The notes below the pieces were generated by a model. It saw only the letters and a program-made list of their open reading frames with translations, ran no database searches and was not told the DNA's origin. Below are positions 14,101-26,850 of a stretch of DNA of 64,000 nt, in pieces (the stretch's first letter is position 1; each line of letters opens with the position of its first letter). A program made the translations under genes and the position numbers. The DNA is from Lingula anatina (taxonomy: Eukaryota; Animalia; Brachiopoda): contig CM120640.1 in assembly GCA_051362555.1 (NCBI GenBank), positions 46,292,788 to 46,356,787 of the forward strand, written 5' to 3'.

Positions 14101-14792
14101 CTTTTCTTCATTTGAAACGAAAACGGCGCATAAGACGGCCACCGACCCATTTGCGGCAAGGGATAATGAAGTGTTCCTCCAACTTAACCGAGTCTCCATT
14201 CGCTCGTAAATTAAGCGGAAGTCAGGAGAGTGGATATGCGTCCTCGGACACTTCAAAAACCAAAGATACCTGTGTCAAACCATTTAAAAGACTTCTTTAT
14301 GCTTCTTCCCCTGGAGACTGCAGGTTATCCTGCGTTTACGAAACTGTCCATGAAGTAAGCTCAGTCAATGACATTCCTACAAAAACTCCTGCCTGTGCCA
14401 AGATGCCTAAGCCTCTTAGCTATCCATTTAACTTGAACGCTGTTGACAATCCCCCAAAGAAATATCGTAGAAAATACAACGACATTTTGAACTGGACCAA
14501 ACAGAGAGAAACAGTGACAGATAATAACACTGATATAAAAGGCGATATTTCCTGTAATAAAACCATTAAGAAATCGTCACAGGAACACAATTGTAAAATG
14601 CGACGAGCCTCATCTTTAGTGAGTTTAGAAGAGAATGGTCCTCGTTCGAGGCCGATAAATGTACCAAAAGGCTTCACAGATGACAGTCTAAGTGGAGGCA
14701 AAAATATTGTTTCGTATTCAGATAAAAAACCAAAATTATTCCCATCAGAGGTGTCTCATTTAAATATCATGTCCATGTACACAGCACTGTAA
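8186..14792 (+). CDS. PTGER4: Prostaglandin E2 receptor EP4-like class A GPCR, ~595 aa; exons 8186-9127 and 13947-14792
   Basis: Prostanoid-receptor motifs FYVLVEGLVWTDLLG (TM2), MAIER (TM3), LQYPHMWCF (ECL2), CWSPL (TM6), AIRLACLNQILDPWVYILLR (TM7 with the ligand-binding Arg). GTAAGT donor at 9128 and TTTCAG acceptor ending 13946 join in phase 0 at the TM6 position typical of prostanoid receptor genes. True start may be a downstream Met; subtype is EP4-like only. Confidence 0.9.
9890..9982 (+). pseudogene. 93-bp intronic copy of GPCR exon 1 (8644-8736, TM3-ICL2)
   Basis: 90/93 identical; encodes VTPLIICAMAIERLFSINYPYTFSVSFTQS; no adjacent splice acceptor seen. Confidence 0.9.
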
Positions 14793-14793
14793 G

Positions 14794-14800
<7 letters not shown>

Positions 14801-14833
<33 letters not shown>
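14801..14833. repeat. (CT)n microsatellite at the start of the GPCR 3' UTR
   Basis: Visible dinucleotide run just after the stop codon. Confidence 0.95.
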
Positions 14834-14835
<2 letters not shown>

Positions 14836-16184
14836 GAGAAATTGTGCGTCAATTTGTGATCGATTACCTACTGTACTCACTGACTTGTTGTATATTTGTA
14901 TCATAAGGACACTTTTTTTTTTTTTTTTTGTTTTTTTTTTTTTTTTTGTAATTTAGTTTCTTATCTGTGGAATCAGTTTCATCAGTCAATTATCACAATC
15001 ATGCTTTGTCAAATCATAGTTATGTAAATCAAATATACTGTATGTCAATTAAGTTGCAAATCGCACTGGATGGATTTATATATCAAACAAGTTATCTATG
15101 TTATCCTCCCTCTCAATCTCTTTTAGTTGTTATTCGACATTTTTTGTTGTTGAATCAGACAGACATTTTCGAAATAATTGTTTTAGATTGACATAACAAT
15201 TGTTTGTTATTTATTGTTTTTGATAAATGGATTTTGGTTAATTAACACTTATAAGAGCATTTGACAGTCATCTTCTCAGGGTCTTCATATTGTTATTGGA
15301 AGATGTAATAAATAAATCCAGTTCATATTTCTATCGTTGTTGTCAATCGCAGTAGGAATAGAGTTATATGCGTCATAGCGCTCATTATGGAATATTAAAA
15401 ATATTGTGACTAAGTCATTTTCATTATATAAATATAATTGACGAACCGGTTGCCCATACAGAAGCACAACGACATGAATTTCAAGAAAATTTGATAATCG
15501 GAAGTATCAAATTCTATTACTTAGTGATCGTTGATAACGCGAAAATGTGTACAAATACTCCAGGAGATCCATTCTTCTAACGAAATGCTTTAGTGTGATA
15601 CAGTAGACAATAAAGTACAGTCCCTCTTATTAACCTGAATATGATTTAAATCGGATCGCTTTGTAAAATGATTAGGTTCAGGAGCATAAATCCGTACCAC
15701 TGTATTCCTACCTAAGGGGCGCAGTTCTGTAACCACAAAGTTCACACGATGACCCTTAAAGATTAATTACATTGACCGTAAGCAGAATGTGTTGCTCATA
15801 GCCAACAGGAATGTAACGTCATACCAAGTCTGTTATTATCCCAATGAAATTAGCACTGCCGAATACGCCGAAAAGTATGCCTCTGGGAGTCCTGGGTACA
15901 TTGGATTTTGATTAAGATTTAGAATTTACGAGAAACATGATCACACATTATACCGAATGCATTATGTAATACACTCCACGGGGATGGGATATAATACGTA
16001 TAATACGATTTATGTATATTCAATATTGAGCTATTCGATTAAAATTCATCTTCTTTTCTACTGAGGGCCGCTCTGTGACCTCCTGCAGGCGGCAGACATC
16101 TTTCTACAGTTGGTTCGTGTCACGTTTTCCAACTCTGCTTAGTTTTGTGTGTCGTTATTTATGAGGGCGCCTACACTGTATCTA

Positions 16185-16271
16185 CCTGGCAAACACAGAA
16201 CGTTTTATAACGTTACCATAACGTGGCCATAACGTTTTTTTTGGTTAAATTAACGTTATGTGTTTGCTGGG
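16185..16271. mobile_element. Short MITE, TIR CC(T/C)(G/A)GCAAACACA, TA flanks
   Basis: TA|CCTGGCAAACACA ... TGTGTTTGCTGGG|TA with internal ATAACGT repeats. Confidence 0.6.
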
Positions 16272-18503
16272 TACTAGTGACAGGTAAGGGTCTTGGAGTG
16301 CATAGGGGTCACAATCTCGAACGGACTCATCGGCATTGCAGCACAAGCAATTCAAAACTTAATGAAAATAGGACACCATAGTATGTACGTCTCAAAATAT
16401 TTTTTGGTAAATTGAACACTATTATTATAACACTGTAATTCTGAGAGGATATATTTGCTTTCTGTCATGAGCCTACTGACCGTTGATTGCGTCTTAAGCA
16501 CTGCATCAAACACATACATGTACCTTCAACGTGTAACAAAAGCATTATTTTCCCATTGGAAAAGCGAAATTAAACACGCTTTTTATGAAGATATCAGGAA
16601 TCTAGCCCGTGTACGTGTCACGAATTACATTGAACAGGAAATATTTCGCGATGTAGGAGAGACTGTGACTACGACAAACCTACCAATGGTTTACTAATTT
16701 TCATATGTAGAAATATTTCATTATATATGCTTTCAAATATCCTGCCATACAGCAACAAACAAAAAAAATAGCAGTCTGGCCAACTTCTAACGAAAGCATT
16801 CAATCAGGACATCCTCATGTTCACGGTTTCACAATGTATATATACTAATAGAACACAGTAACACTGAAGTATTTTTTCAGAGGCACACAATTAAAACCCG
16901 GCCATGGAGCCGCAAAACGACGTCTAGCCCTTTGTAACTGTACGATTAATTATAAACGTGTGTGATGAAATGTTGAGAGCAACTTTTAGGCGGCCACGTT
17001 AATCAGACTGCATTGTACAGCATAATTTATCCAGTGGTTGTCTCGTGTCAACTTTTAACAATAAAATGTATATTCCGTATTTTACTGACCGGTGGTATTA
17101 TATTGATTTGAGGTCTGTTTGTGTTGACGGCACATGTGTCAAAACGTGACTTTTTGCACTGACACAAATGTTTACATGAAAGTAGTTCTTCCAGAGGGAG
17201 TTGTTTGAGTGACATAGCCTACTAATTGCGTTATTAAGCCCAGTTCCACCGGGTTGCAACCGCTTAAAAAACAAATTGTGCCCTCTCTCATCCCCTTCAA
17301 ATTTGGGGCTTGGGCAATATTTGATATAGTCAACATCAAATCCATACATCGGTATAACTGAACTTTAAATATTGCAGCCTTTTCTTTTGTTACATGTTTG
17401 TCAGAGTGAGCCAAAATTTGTTCTGTCAGTGGTCGCAAGCCCTGCGTAGCAGGCACTTTAGGGAGATTCTATCCACTTTATTAACTTTATACGGAAAAGG
17501 TTCAAGAAGCCGTGGTAATGCCTGAAATAGATGCAGCAATGATTAAGATCGATGAAGATTTTGGATCGATAAACCCGTTACAAATTTATCTAATGAGTGC
17601 TCTGTGAGCATTTATTGGCACTGTGATTCCTGCAGTATGATGTTCAACTACAATCTTGATAAGATATACACTAAATAAGTTGTTATATCCTGATTTCCAG
17701 GATATTATTGAGGATGAATCCACACCTTAAACCAAATTACGTATTTTTTTTCAATTTTGAATATTCCCACCTCCCCGTTCTTGTAAGGTAAAATATCTAT
17801 ATCCTGTAACGCAAAAAAACAAGTAATTTATCAGTTAAAAATAATGATAATGAATCAACCACTAACATAAAAATAGTGTGTTCAAGCTAAGTAGATTTGC
17901 GCAAAGTTTTTGTTTAAGCGTGTCATATTGTTTAATGCAATTACCGAAATAAGTTGAGTCGCATTTGTTCCTTTTTCTGTAAGAATGTATGGACTATTGG
18001 CAACTGTAAGGCATTAATATAATCCCACAGTCGATAGATACGTGTGAATTCGATAAGAAGCCATAGGATGCACTTTAGCGCCAGATTAAACAAATTTATG
18101 TGCTTTGATACCAGGCTAAATTAAAAAATAAATCAAAGAAAGTAATAAGGTACTGAAGTAGAGTTCTTTCGATGTCACGAAGATGTAGATTAAAATGTAG
18201 GCATTGTCTTGCTCAATATCAAACCGTTATCCGTCAGACTTAAGCAATTAATGAGCCAAGATTTAATCCCTTTAATGGCGCGTGTGGAGGCGGGGAGATC
18301 ATCAGGGCCTTAGCGGCTTCGCTTTAAAGTGGGGTCGGCTATATTCAGATCAGTTAGTCCGCGGATCATCTGTTCTGAATGCGCTCTAAGACGACTTTTA
18401 ACGGGCTTGAGCTCCACCCTTATAGCCTACTGTACTGGCACATAGCCTTCTGGCATTTCCTCTACTTATCTTAATATTGTTGCAATAATAATTAACACCT
18501 TTG

Positions 18504-18506
<3 letters not shown>

Positions 18507-18558
<52 letters not shown>
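18507..18558. repeat. poly-T tract (~50 nt)
   Basis: Homopolymer; could be a minus-strand retro-tail, but no body was recognised. Confidence 0.9.
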
Positions 18559-18560
<2 letters not shown>

Positions 18561-19718
18561 ACCACCCCACTTGTTCGGGTGGCCAAGTGTTAATAGTTCA
18601 TTTCGCTGCCTAGTGATTTAGTATGAGAAAGTGATCGTTTTCCGAAGTTAGTGTAACTAAGTAGGATATTATCATAAAACTTGCCATTTTCGACGACAAG
18701 GGATTGTATTACAATCTGGTGCCACACTTTTTCTTTCTTCAACACATATGAGCCCCAGGAATACGATATTCCATTAGACAAAAGCATTATTTCATCTCTT
18801 TATTGATCAGAAGCAAAACTTTTAAGATTGTAGTGCTTATTGTTGTGATTAAACAAGCGTTAAGACGGTGTCGTTAGCTGATCAGGCGAAGGAGATATGG
18901 TTAAAATTGATATTATTGCGTTTGTCCCAAAATAGTTGCTGTCACGTCATCAGCTCGAGTTAGCAAATTAAGTCCGATGTATATTTTATGCAGCAGCATT
19001 ATATCTTAACATGATAATGTTTATTTCCGCATAAACGAATAAGGAAAAAATTCTAACGTATCGATCCCACTTAACCACACTCACGCGGATCCTCACACCT
19101 TTTTAGTTTCGTATATATGACATCTATTAAGAATATCTCCGATATTGGGTGGTGCACATGTCAATTGCAAAAGAGTAAATGACTGTACATGTTACTGGCT
19201 TCAAAACCACAGCGAGGTTATATTTGGTTTTAACCAAAATTAAAATTGTTGTTCAACATTTGATTTTCGTGACCTTTTTTAAACACCTGTTTTACATTTA
19301 TTTTTACATGAAAAAGGAATAAAAGCAACAGGTTTGTTGATGTTTAGTGTTCAAAGGAAGTTTTATTTCAAATGTATCATATTGTCACATTTTCAAGCAA
19401 ACTGTTTTAGCGTGCTTGTGTTTATGGCGGAGTTAAAGAGTTTACCTTCTATTGATCAATGGTAATGTACGCATCATCCTTTAATCATATATCTTCTGCC
19501 ATCTGTTTCTATATTGAACAAAAAAGTGTCAGATGATGCATCTGAATGCTGAGTAAGAGTTCTCTTTGCTTTTGATAGATGTGCCATTCTGCTTTTAATC
19601 GATGTGTAGAGATCGGTGTTACTTTCTACCGGTACATAGGTTCTATAAAGAGCTTGTCATTTGGACATGTAAGAGGAAATACGACGACAAGAGTGTTATC
19701 TTCTGGTTATTCATTTTG

Positions 19719-19719
<1 letters not shown>

Positions 19720-19768
<49 letters not shown>
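19720..19768. repeat. (CT)n microsatellite
   Basis: Visible dinucleotide run. Confidence 0.95.
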
Positions 19769-19770
<2 letters not shown>

Positions 19771-20773
19771 CGGAATCTCAACTGCTTCCATCTTAAATAC
19801 AAGCTGTACCTATAGACTGAATCAAAACACTAAACATACTAGTGCTGTGATTAAACACAGTTCCAGGATTATCAGGTATAATGATTGAAGAGATATTTTA
19901 GTATTAAAAGTATACAATCAGGCATCAAGTCAATTAAGACATCTATGTGGGAAGTTTCTGAGTACTACAATATAATAGCAGACTTTCACATTATATAACA
20001 GTTAATTGCTTATAGTGTATGGTCCAACACAAGCTGTGCCACAGAAAGCTGTAAATGCGATTGTAGATCCACGTGAATGTATTTATGCAGCCAAAATTGA
20101 AATATCCACGAGAACATCGTAGCTCGGTTTTTGCTTAGAAATAAATAAGAAATATGTCCATATGACTGAAAATTGTTATTTATTAAAATGATGAAACGTT
20201 ATATGATACGAAATTACAAAATGGGGGAAAGAAACAACATATCCGACAACCAAGCCGTCCGGTTACTGGTCAGTACATCTACAATACGTCGTATTAGTAA
20301 AAAAAAATCCCGTTTTTCAAATAATGAATTTTAAATGTTCAAGTGTACGTGTTTGAGGTATGAAATAAAGCAGTGTATAATAATATTAATGTGATCGTTC
20401 ACAATTATATTTTGTTAAACACATGATACAGAGCACATGCATGTAGGGCTATTTGTCCGCTGTTTCAATTTAATCAGCGAAAGCCACAACGAAGACATGC
20501 CTGTATTTTTGTGGGACGAAAGTTCTGTTGAGGTTTTCCAAGTACGATTAGTTGTGGGAAAATGGTACCTACTGTACATGCACATTGCCACCAGCACGAA
20601 ATGCATCAAGAAGCATTTCGTTGATGGTCGAATTAAGTCTAGGTGGGCATTAAAATTGACGTTAGGCCATGCTTAGGCGTTTAGATAAACGTCATTCATT
20701 GCAGGTACAGTTATAATTATGGAACCACAAAGACACGCACAGTGGACAGTGGCACAGACAAGCCCGCTATATA

Positions 20774-22383
20774 CAGACTTGACATTTAATATGGAATATC
20801 TTTTCCAAATCACTTTTCATCAAATTTTTCCTATTTAGCTGACTGATAAATGAAAATAGGGATTAAAATAGTGTTTTAATAACTTTAAATGATCTTTTTG
20901 ATGTCATTGTGACAACAGTTCATTAATTGAATTCGCCAGTGAAGCAAACAAAAATACATTGCCTATTTTATGTCATACAACAACCATTAAAATCGGTATT
21001 ATTGATCTCCATATTTTACTAATTATCGTCTGTTAAAGAGTTACACGCCCCACAAAGGACCCTCATGTCAGTGTCTAGTCACAGCAACTGACTTCGTCCA
21101 GCTGTTTCCAGGTCTCTCAAGCGGCAAGGCATTTCTTGGGATAGGTTTTTAGAGTTCAATCTGGAATAACATTCCAGGCATTGGTCAAAACTTGTCCAAT
21201 TTGGTTCAGTTTTGTCGCACGACATGTAGGCCGTTGATTCGGCTAGTAATGGCCTACCCACATATTGTCTATGTGGTTCAAATTTGGCGATATTGATGAC
21301 CAAGGTGGCAGCTTATTCTGCTGGTTCTGTAAGTTATCTGCTAATAAAAGTGCTCTGTGTGATCCGGCACTCTCACCGTGCTACCTGAAATTGTAAGGCG
21401 CCCCCTATCAAATGATAGTCAAGTGGTTCCCAGATTTTTCCTTTATTTGATCTGGTTCAGGTTTTCATAGATGGCTACTATTGGTGTTTTGGCACCAATG
21501 TGGTATCCAGTCCAAATACTGACGCTGTCAATGACCCTAGTCACTTTAGACTCGGCACACTCTTCATCATAGGCCTCTTCTGGATGTCTGTAAACTATGT
21601 TTTGACTAGTTGAGCGGTACAGGTGAAATCTGACCTCAGTAAAGAAAGCCACGCGATTTCAGTGTTCTACCCAGAAAAGGTCATGGTTCCCAATTCATTA
21701 AAGAAACAGACGACGCTGTTTTGCCGTTTACAGTGGGTTCCCCGGAGGTCGTCTGGAATTCTAACCTGCTAAAACAAGTTTGTTGTTCGCTAAGGGCCTT
21801 GAAAAACGCGTTTTGATAGCAATTTACGCCTCATTTTGAACGGACTGGGTGTTTTTTGTTTAGTTGCAGCACCATATCCCGAAAGACAGTGAGTCCTGTA
21901 CCCTGGTGGTAAGATTTTGATACATTGGGTGTGGCCTCTGTGTAGGTACATCAGTCTGGGCATTACTCCAAACTGTGCGGACCGTTCTGTTTGGCTTTTT
22001 AGCACCATTCTACCACAGATAAAAAATTTTAAAAATCACCATTTAGTTCATTTTACGCACTGCAAAACCGACCGCTAGCATGCAAAATTTCAAAAAAATT
22101 TATGCAATAGTTGCCGACATATGGATACTTTTTTGACAGAACCATGCTTTGGCAAACCCAAGCATGGACCAGTCCAAAGGAACACTACCCAATTAAATCA
22201 TTGCATAATACACAATACAGCAGTGCAATAGATATGGTAGTCAGTTCGTTAGTAGCGACACACCTGACTACACACTTCTCCATTCACATATTTTATATGA
22301 GATCGGATTTCTTTGAAAAAAGAATGCATTTTACCAAGGCATACCTTCGAAACTAAAATATTCCATATTAAATGTCAAGTCTG
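20774..22383 (-). mobile_element. Full-length (1610 bp) Tc1/mariner element with dead transposase
   Basis: Perfect 26-bp TIRs CAGACTTGACATTTAATATGGAATAT (20774-20799, 22358-22383), TA on both sides; internal AFFTEVRFHLYRS...VYRHPEEAY...DSVSIWTG...KTPIVAI matches the Tc1 DDE core, with frameshifts and stops. Confidence 0.9.
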
Positions 22384-22804
22384 TATATGCTATGTGTAAT
22401 AGCGTTAAACGCGCGTTCGATACGAATGGGACACGGAGTTTAAACTGGGTTTAAACGGGTATATGGCTATGTATACGTACGTATGTACCTGTATGAGTAA
22501 ATGACAGATTGCAAAAATATAAATAATTAGCTGACGTTTGTCTATTGTACATAAGTGGGCGAGACGCTGGCTTAAACGACGGTACACGCTATGATACCCA
22601 CAAACATACGTCAACGACAACGAAATAGATGGAACCAGACACTGCAGCTTAAATGGCTGAGACCAACGCGACGTGCTCAAACAGAAAATTATCCTTTGAT
22701 TACTGCTAAAAATGTCGTCCTTCGCATTCACCAAATAACGGAATTACAAGATTAACAAGTAAAGTGTTTGAAAAGTGAAATAAAGGCCCACTTATACACT
22801 TACA

Positions 22805-22886
22805 CAGGGTTGCGGCTGCTGAAAGAACTTTTTTTAAACCATTCACCGGGTTGCGGCTGCTTAAAGACCCGTTTTTTGAACCATTC
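22805..22886 (+). repeat. ~41-bp tandem duplication (GGGTTGCGGCTGCT..AAAGA...AACCATTC x2)
   Basis: Two adjacent imperfect copies; a related GGGTTGCAACCGCTTAAA occurs at ~17250. Confidence 0.7.
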
Positions 22887-24649
22887 TTACCACTAAGGTC
22901 TCTGAGAATATTTCATAGTCAACATCAAATCATGCTTTGATGTCAGTTTTCTCCATCGGTGGCTAATTTAGAGTGACAGCGGTTTAAGGACGAGTAAAAT
23001 TATGTTAACGTGATCGTTAACTAGCTACAATTCATGTCTGTGTTTCAGTTGTAGTAACTCCTGAGTGCTGCAAATAAGACAAACACATGTTTGGCGAATG
23101 TCTAAAAAAACGTGAGCAACAAAAAAAAAAGCATATGTCTGTGAGACAAACGTTTTATTGAACTGTCTCCCAACATAACGGTTTTTTACGTTGACATGGC
23201 ACAAAAGATAAGGCCTTTTATGTTGCACACAACGACACGAATTTTGTTATTTGTAGAACAATGCGACAGACTACAATACTTCTGATATGGAACATTCTAC
23301 TCTTAGCAAGTTAAACTTGCTGAATCAATTAGCCAACTGTGCTTAAAAGGATAAAAAATTTTCGTTTTGTCGGGGAAAGTGCCATAAACAAAGATTTACC
23401 CATTCTTAGCAATGGTAAACTAATCCATTCCGACATTCAAAGTTAGTCTATGTTTTTAAAGAGATCTATGAAAGTCCACGTGGTCTGATGACAAGCCCGG
23501 ATTCCGGAATAATTGCGAGAACCGCTGTTTTGGTGGTTAAAAATGGAATTTATTTTATTCTTTGAGTTGTTCACAATGTTTTTATTGTGAAATATGAAAT
23601 TCATCTGAAGAGTTGTTATTCGATGATAAAGGAATAGCTACTGCAACTACAATGCAATAACAAAAGGTGATCGCGTCATGTTTAATCTTATATTGTGGTC
23701 TCCCATCTGTTAAATTTTAAAACTGTATTTATTAAGCAAGAGATTTTTGAAATAGATAAGATATTCAAGTATTACCAGACTTAGTGGTCAGTCTAGTATG
23801 AGACCAAAGCGCTTTAAATTTGTTTGGTTTTGAGTTACCTTTAAAATGTTTGCGCATATACTGGTAAACAAATATTTGGCATCCTTACAAATAAACATGA
23901 ATGTTTGCTATAAAATGAATATAATATATATTTTAAGCTTATACCGCATATTTTAATACGTTTCTTTTTTGTGCGTGAAAGTGTTGATTATCGCTACCTT
24001 TTCTCTTTTCTTTATTTCATTTGGGTCTTGTTGCTATCGTGTTCATAAAGCTGGAAACGTCTCTGCTTTCCCTTAAATGACAATTATATTTTACTTAAAC
24101 AATACACGGGGTGTAAATCGTGCTAAAATAAACAGTTTATTCAAATAGGGTTCTGGAGCGAGACCTACCTTGCGTCGTAATGCAAAGTAAATACTTTCGA
24201 AACTGCAATTGATATTTTGCTCAATGCGTCCTTCTCTCTAATACATCACCCGCTGATACCAGTATGCAAGTTTCTGAAGGGCAAGACTCCTTTGAGAAAA
24301 AAAACGTGATAATAAATACATGTGTAAAGAGAAAAATATCCGTTAGCATGATCTTCGTTGAACACGACACCAGCCTCTGTAGGAAATGTGCTAAAAAAGA
24401 CAATTGCATTTGTCATAAAAGCCACTAATCTGGTGAGCAACATCCACGCCCTTCTGCACGGGTAACGGCGGGGTGTCCTCAGGTGTTGTTTGATATGCAT
24501 ACATGGGAGGGAGATTTAGTCGCGGTTTCATAAACTTGTGTTCCAACATGTGATTTCACTCAGTCGTTATCAGTTTGTTAACCTCAAGAAAGGTTTTGAG
24601 TTTTTTTAGCTATGCAAAGTGAACCCTTTTTTACGTCAACTTCATTCCT

Positions 24650-25340
24650 CTGCACAGCACATCACGAAAAATACAAATGACAATGAAAACGCCAGATATA
24701 GAAGGTTTGTAATTTGATCTGGACCAATTCACTTTCAAACATTCATTTTATAAGCCAGGTGTAGGAAAATCCACTTAGCAAGCTGTTTTTTCAAGAAAAT
24801 TGGAGAATTCACAAAATGTTTTTGTTAATGTTCTTTTTTAACAAAATTTTCATTGTTGTTTTTTTCTTTCTTTAATGAACATGGTTTGAGACGTCTGTTC
24901 CAAGCATTAACTGACACGGTTGCATCGTCTGCACATTTTAAATTGGTAAGGCTTTAATCATTCTTCAAGGAACCATTTCAGAATCCTTATAACATAAATG
25001 ATCAACAAACTCTGCAATTAGGAAACCTTACATTGGACCAATGACTGGTCTTATCCAACTACATAAGGAAGAAAGATTACGAAGTTCAACAAATGAAGAT
25101 ATATTAGAGCAGGTAACTAAAAGTAGACTTGGGGGCAAGATACCTTTCAAACGACACAGGATACGCGAAAAAAGACAGAATTTTAACAAGGCAATCCGTG
25201 AGAAAAGCACAACTGTATGACCATCTTCGGTATTTGTATGCCTTATGTCCAAATAAAGCACTGGCTAACCGTGCTGATCTCGTATACTTATCATTTACCG
25301 TACCGATATCGAATATTCGAAATACGAATCCAGACAAAAA
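24650..25340 (+). mobile_element. Possible decayed hAT-type transposase relic
   Basis: SSAHFKLV (~HCxAHxLxL) and YLSNDTGY (~LSxTRW) in the expected order; heavily degraded. Confidence 0.25.
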
Positions 25341-25999
25341 ATAAATTGTGTCACCACAAAAAAGGCACCAAAGCTGTCAAATGTACAGACAAAAAGCACA
25401 AAATAAAGATGCAAAAAATAAAGATGCAGAAAATAGGTCATTTTGTCAATTTTGATGCAATAACCAATGCTTATAACAGCACAGTCAATCAATACTAAAT
25501 TTTAATCATGAACAACAGGTAACATGGTCAATATGATTACAGTTTCAGAACCATGAGAATCTCAATATGTGAAAAATTATGACAGTGCATAAAATAATAT
25601 TACATAATGTTTAAAGACATAAACACCAATACTATTGCTTATGTGGAAATACAGAAAATGTACAGAGCTTCAGGTGGATGGGAGTTAAAAGTCACATCTT
25701 GAAATTGCCAGTATTTGAAAAATAAAAAAAAAAAAATAGAAAACAAAGCAAAAAAGATTCCAATAAAGCTGCCATTAAAAGTTTTAATCAAGCTGTATTA
25801 ACATGATATGAATAACCCCATTGAGTTTGAGGATAACAAGGCACCATCTGTGTCTGCACATAAAAAAGACCACGTCAGACTAGTAACATGAGAAACCAAA
25901 GATTGGTCTAGGGTTTATATATATTTTCGGTGCTCTTTCAATAAAACTAAGCTAACGAAGAAATCACATTTAGTAGTATCGGCTGACGTATCACAAGTC

Positions 26000-26850
26000 G
26001 GAATGTTCGTATTTCTCAACAAACAACATTTCTGTGACTATCTTTATCATTTTGATGTCGATCCACAAAGGAAATGACAAACATTTAAGTGAAAAGGTCA
26101 ACTTTTTATTCTGAATATGGTGCAAAATTCTATTTTTTCTCAATCAGATATCTTGTAATACACATGATGAACATGAATCAACAAATATCTTAGATGACCT
26201 TACAGTTATGCTTTTCTCGCAGGTTGCTTGTTAGAATTTTTCTTTTTTGCGTATCCTGTGACATTTGAACGGTATCTTACCCCCCTCCAAGTGATTATCT
26301 ACTTGAAGCTACCTACTCTTCTACAGCTTCATTTAAAATAATATCATTTCCGACTTTGAACTTTGAAAACATGTGGTCATGGTTATTTATACGTAACTAT
26401 TGCTTGTAACTCAATATCTGTGGCTCTAAGGCATCGAGGTGTATAAAAACCGAAATATCTTCTTTTAGACAATAAATAAATAGATATATAAATGAAATAA
26501 TTATTTATTACATAAAAAAATCTATCTACATTACATTTACTGAATAGACACTAGAAGTTGTGGAATAGATAGGAAGCTATCAACAAGCTAAATTTAAACC
26601 GGTGATGTGGTCTTTAACCATGGATACCACTGAGTACCAAGGTACAATTATCGCTTTCTTGTTTTAAATTTCCTTTTTAGAAAGTTGCATTTTAGTATAT
26701 TGCATCATATCACGGGGTATTTTCAAAAGTTTGCGACCATTTGCTGTTATGTTTGACAAGCCATCCTGACCACCATTGTGTTAGTGTGTTCCAATACCGT
26801 CACCGAGCTTCGCCCATTTTTCTCGGAATCCACTTCAATGTCGTAAAAGC
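26000..26850 (-). mobile_element. Possible CR1/L2-like RT relic
   Basis: GQDGLSN (~GPDxISN), KGNLKQESDNC (~KKGDxxxxNYR) and CVLQDI (~GVPQGS) in order; weak. Confidence 0.25.

Noticed and set aside
18398-18586. Poly-Lys ORF, and similar SLSL/YIYI/CVCV ORFs elsewhere
   Set aside because: Translations of homopolymers and microsatellites.
23343-23845. Possible Kolobok-type MITE (TTAA..AGG ... CCT TTAA)
   Set aside because: TIR similarity beyond a few bases not convincing.
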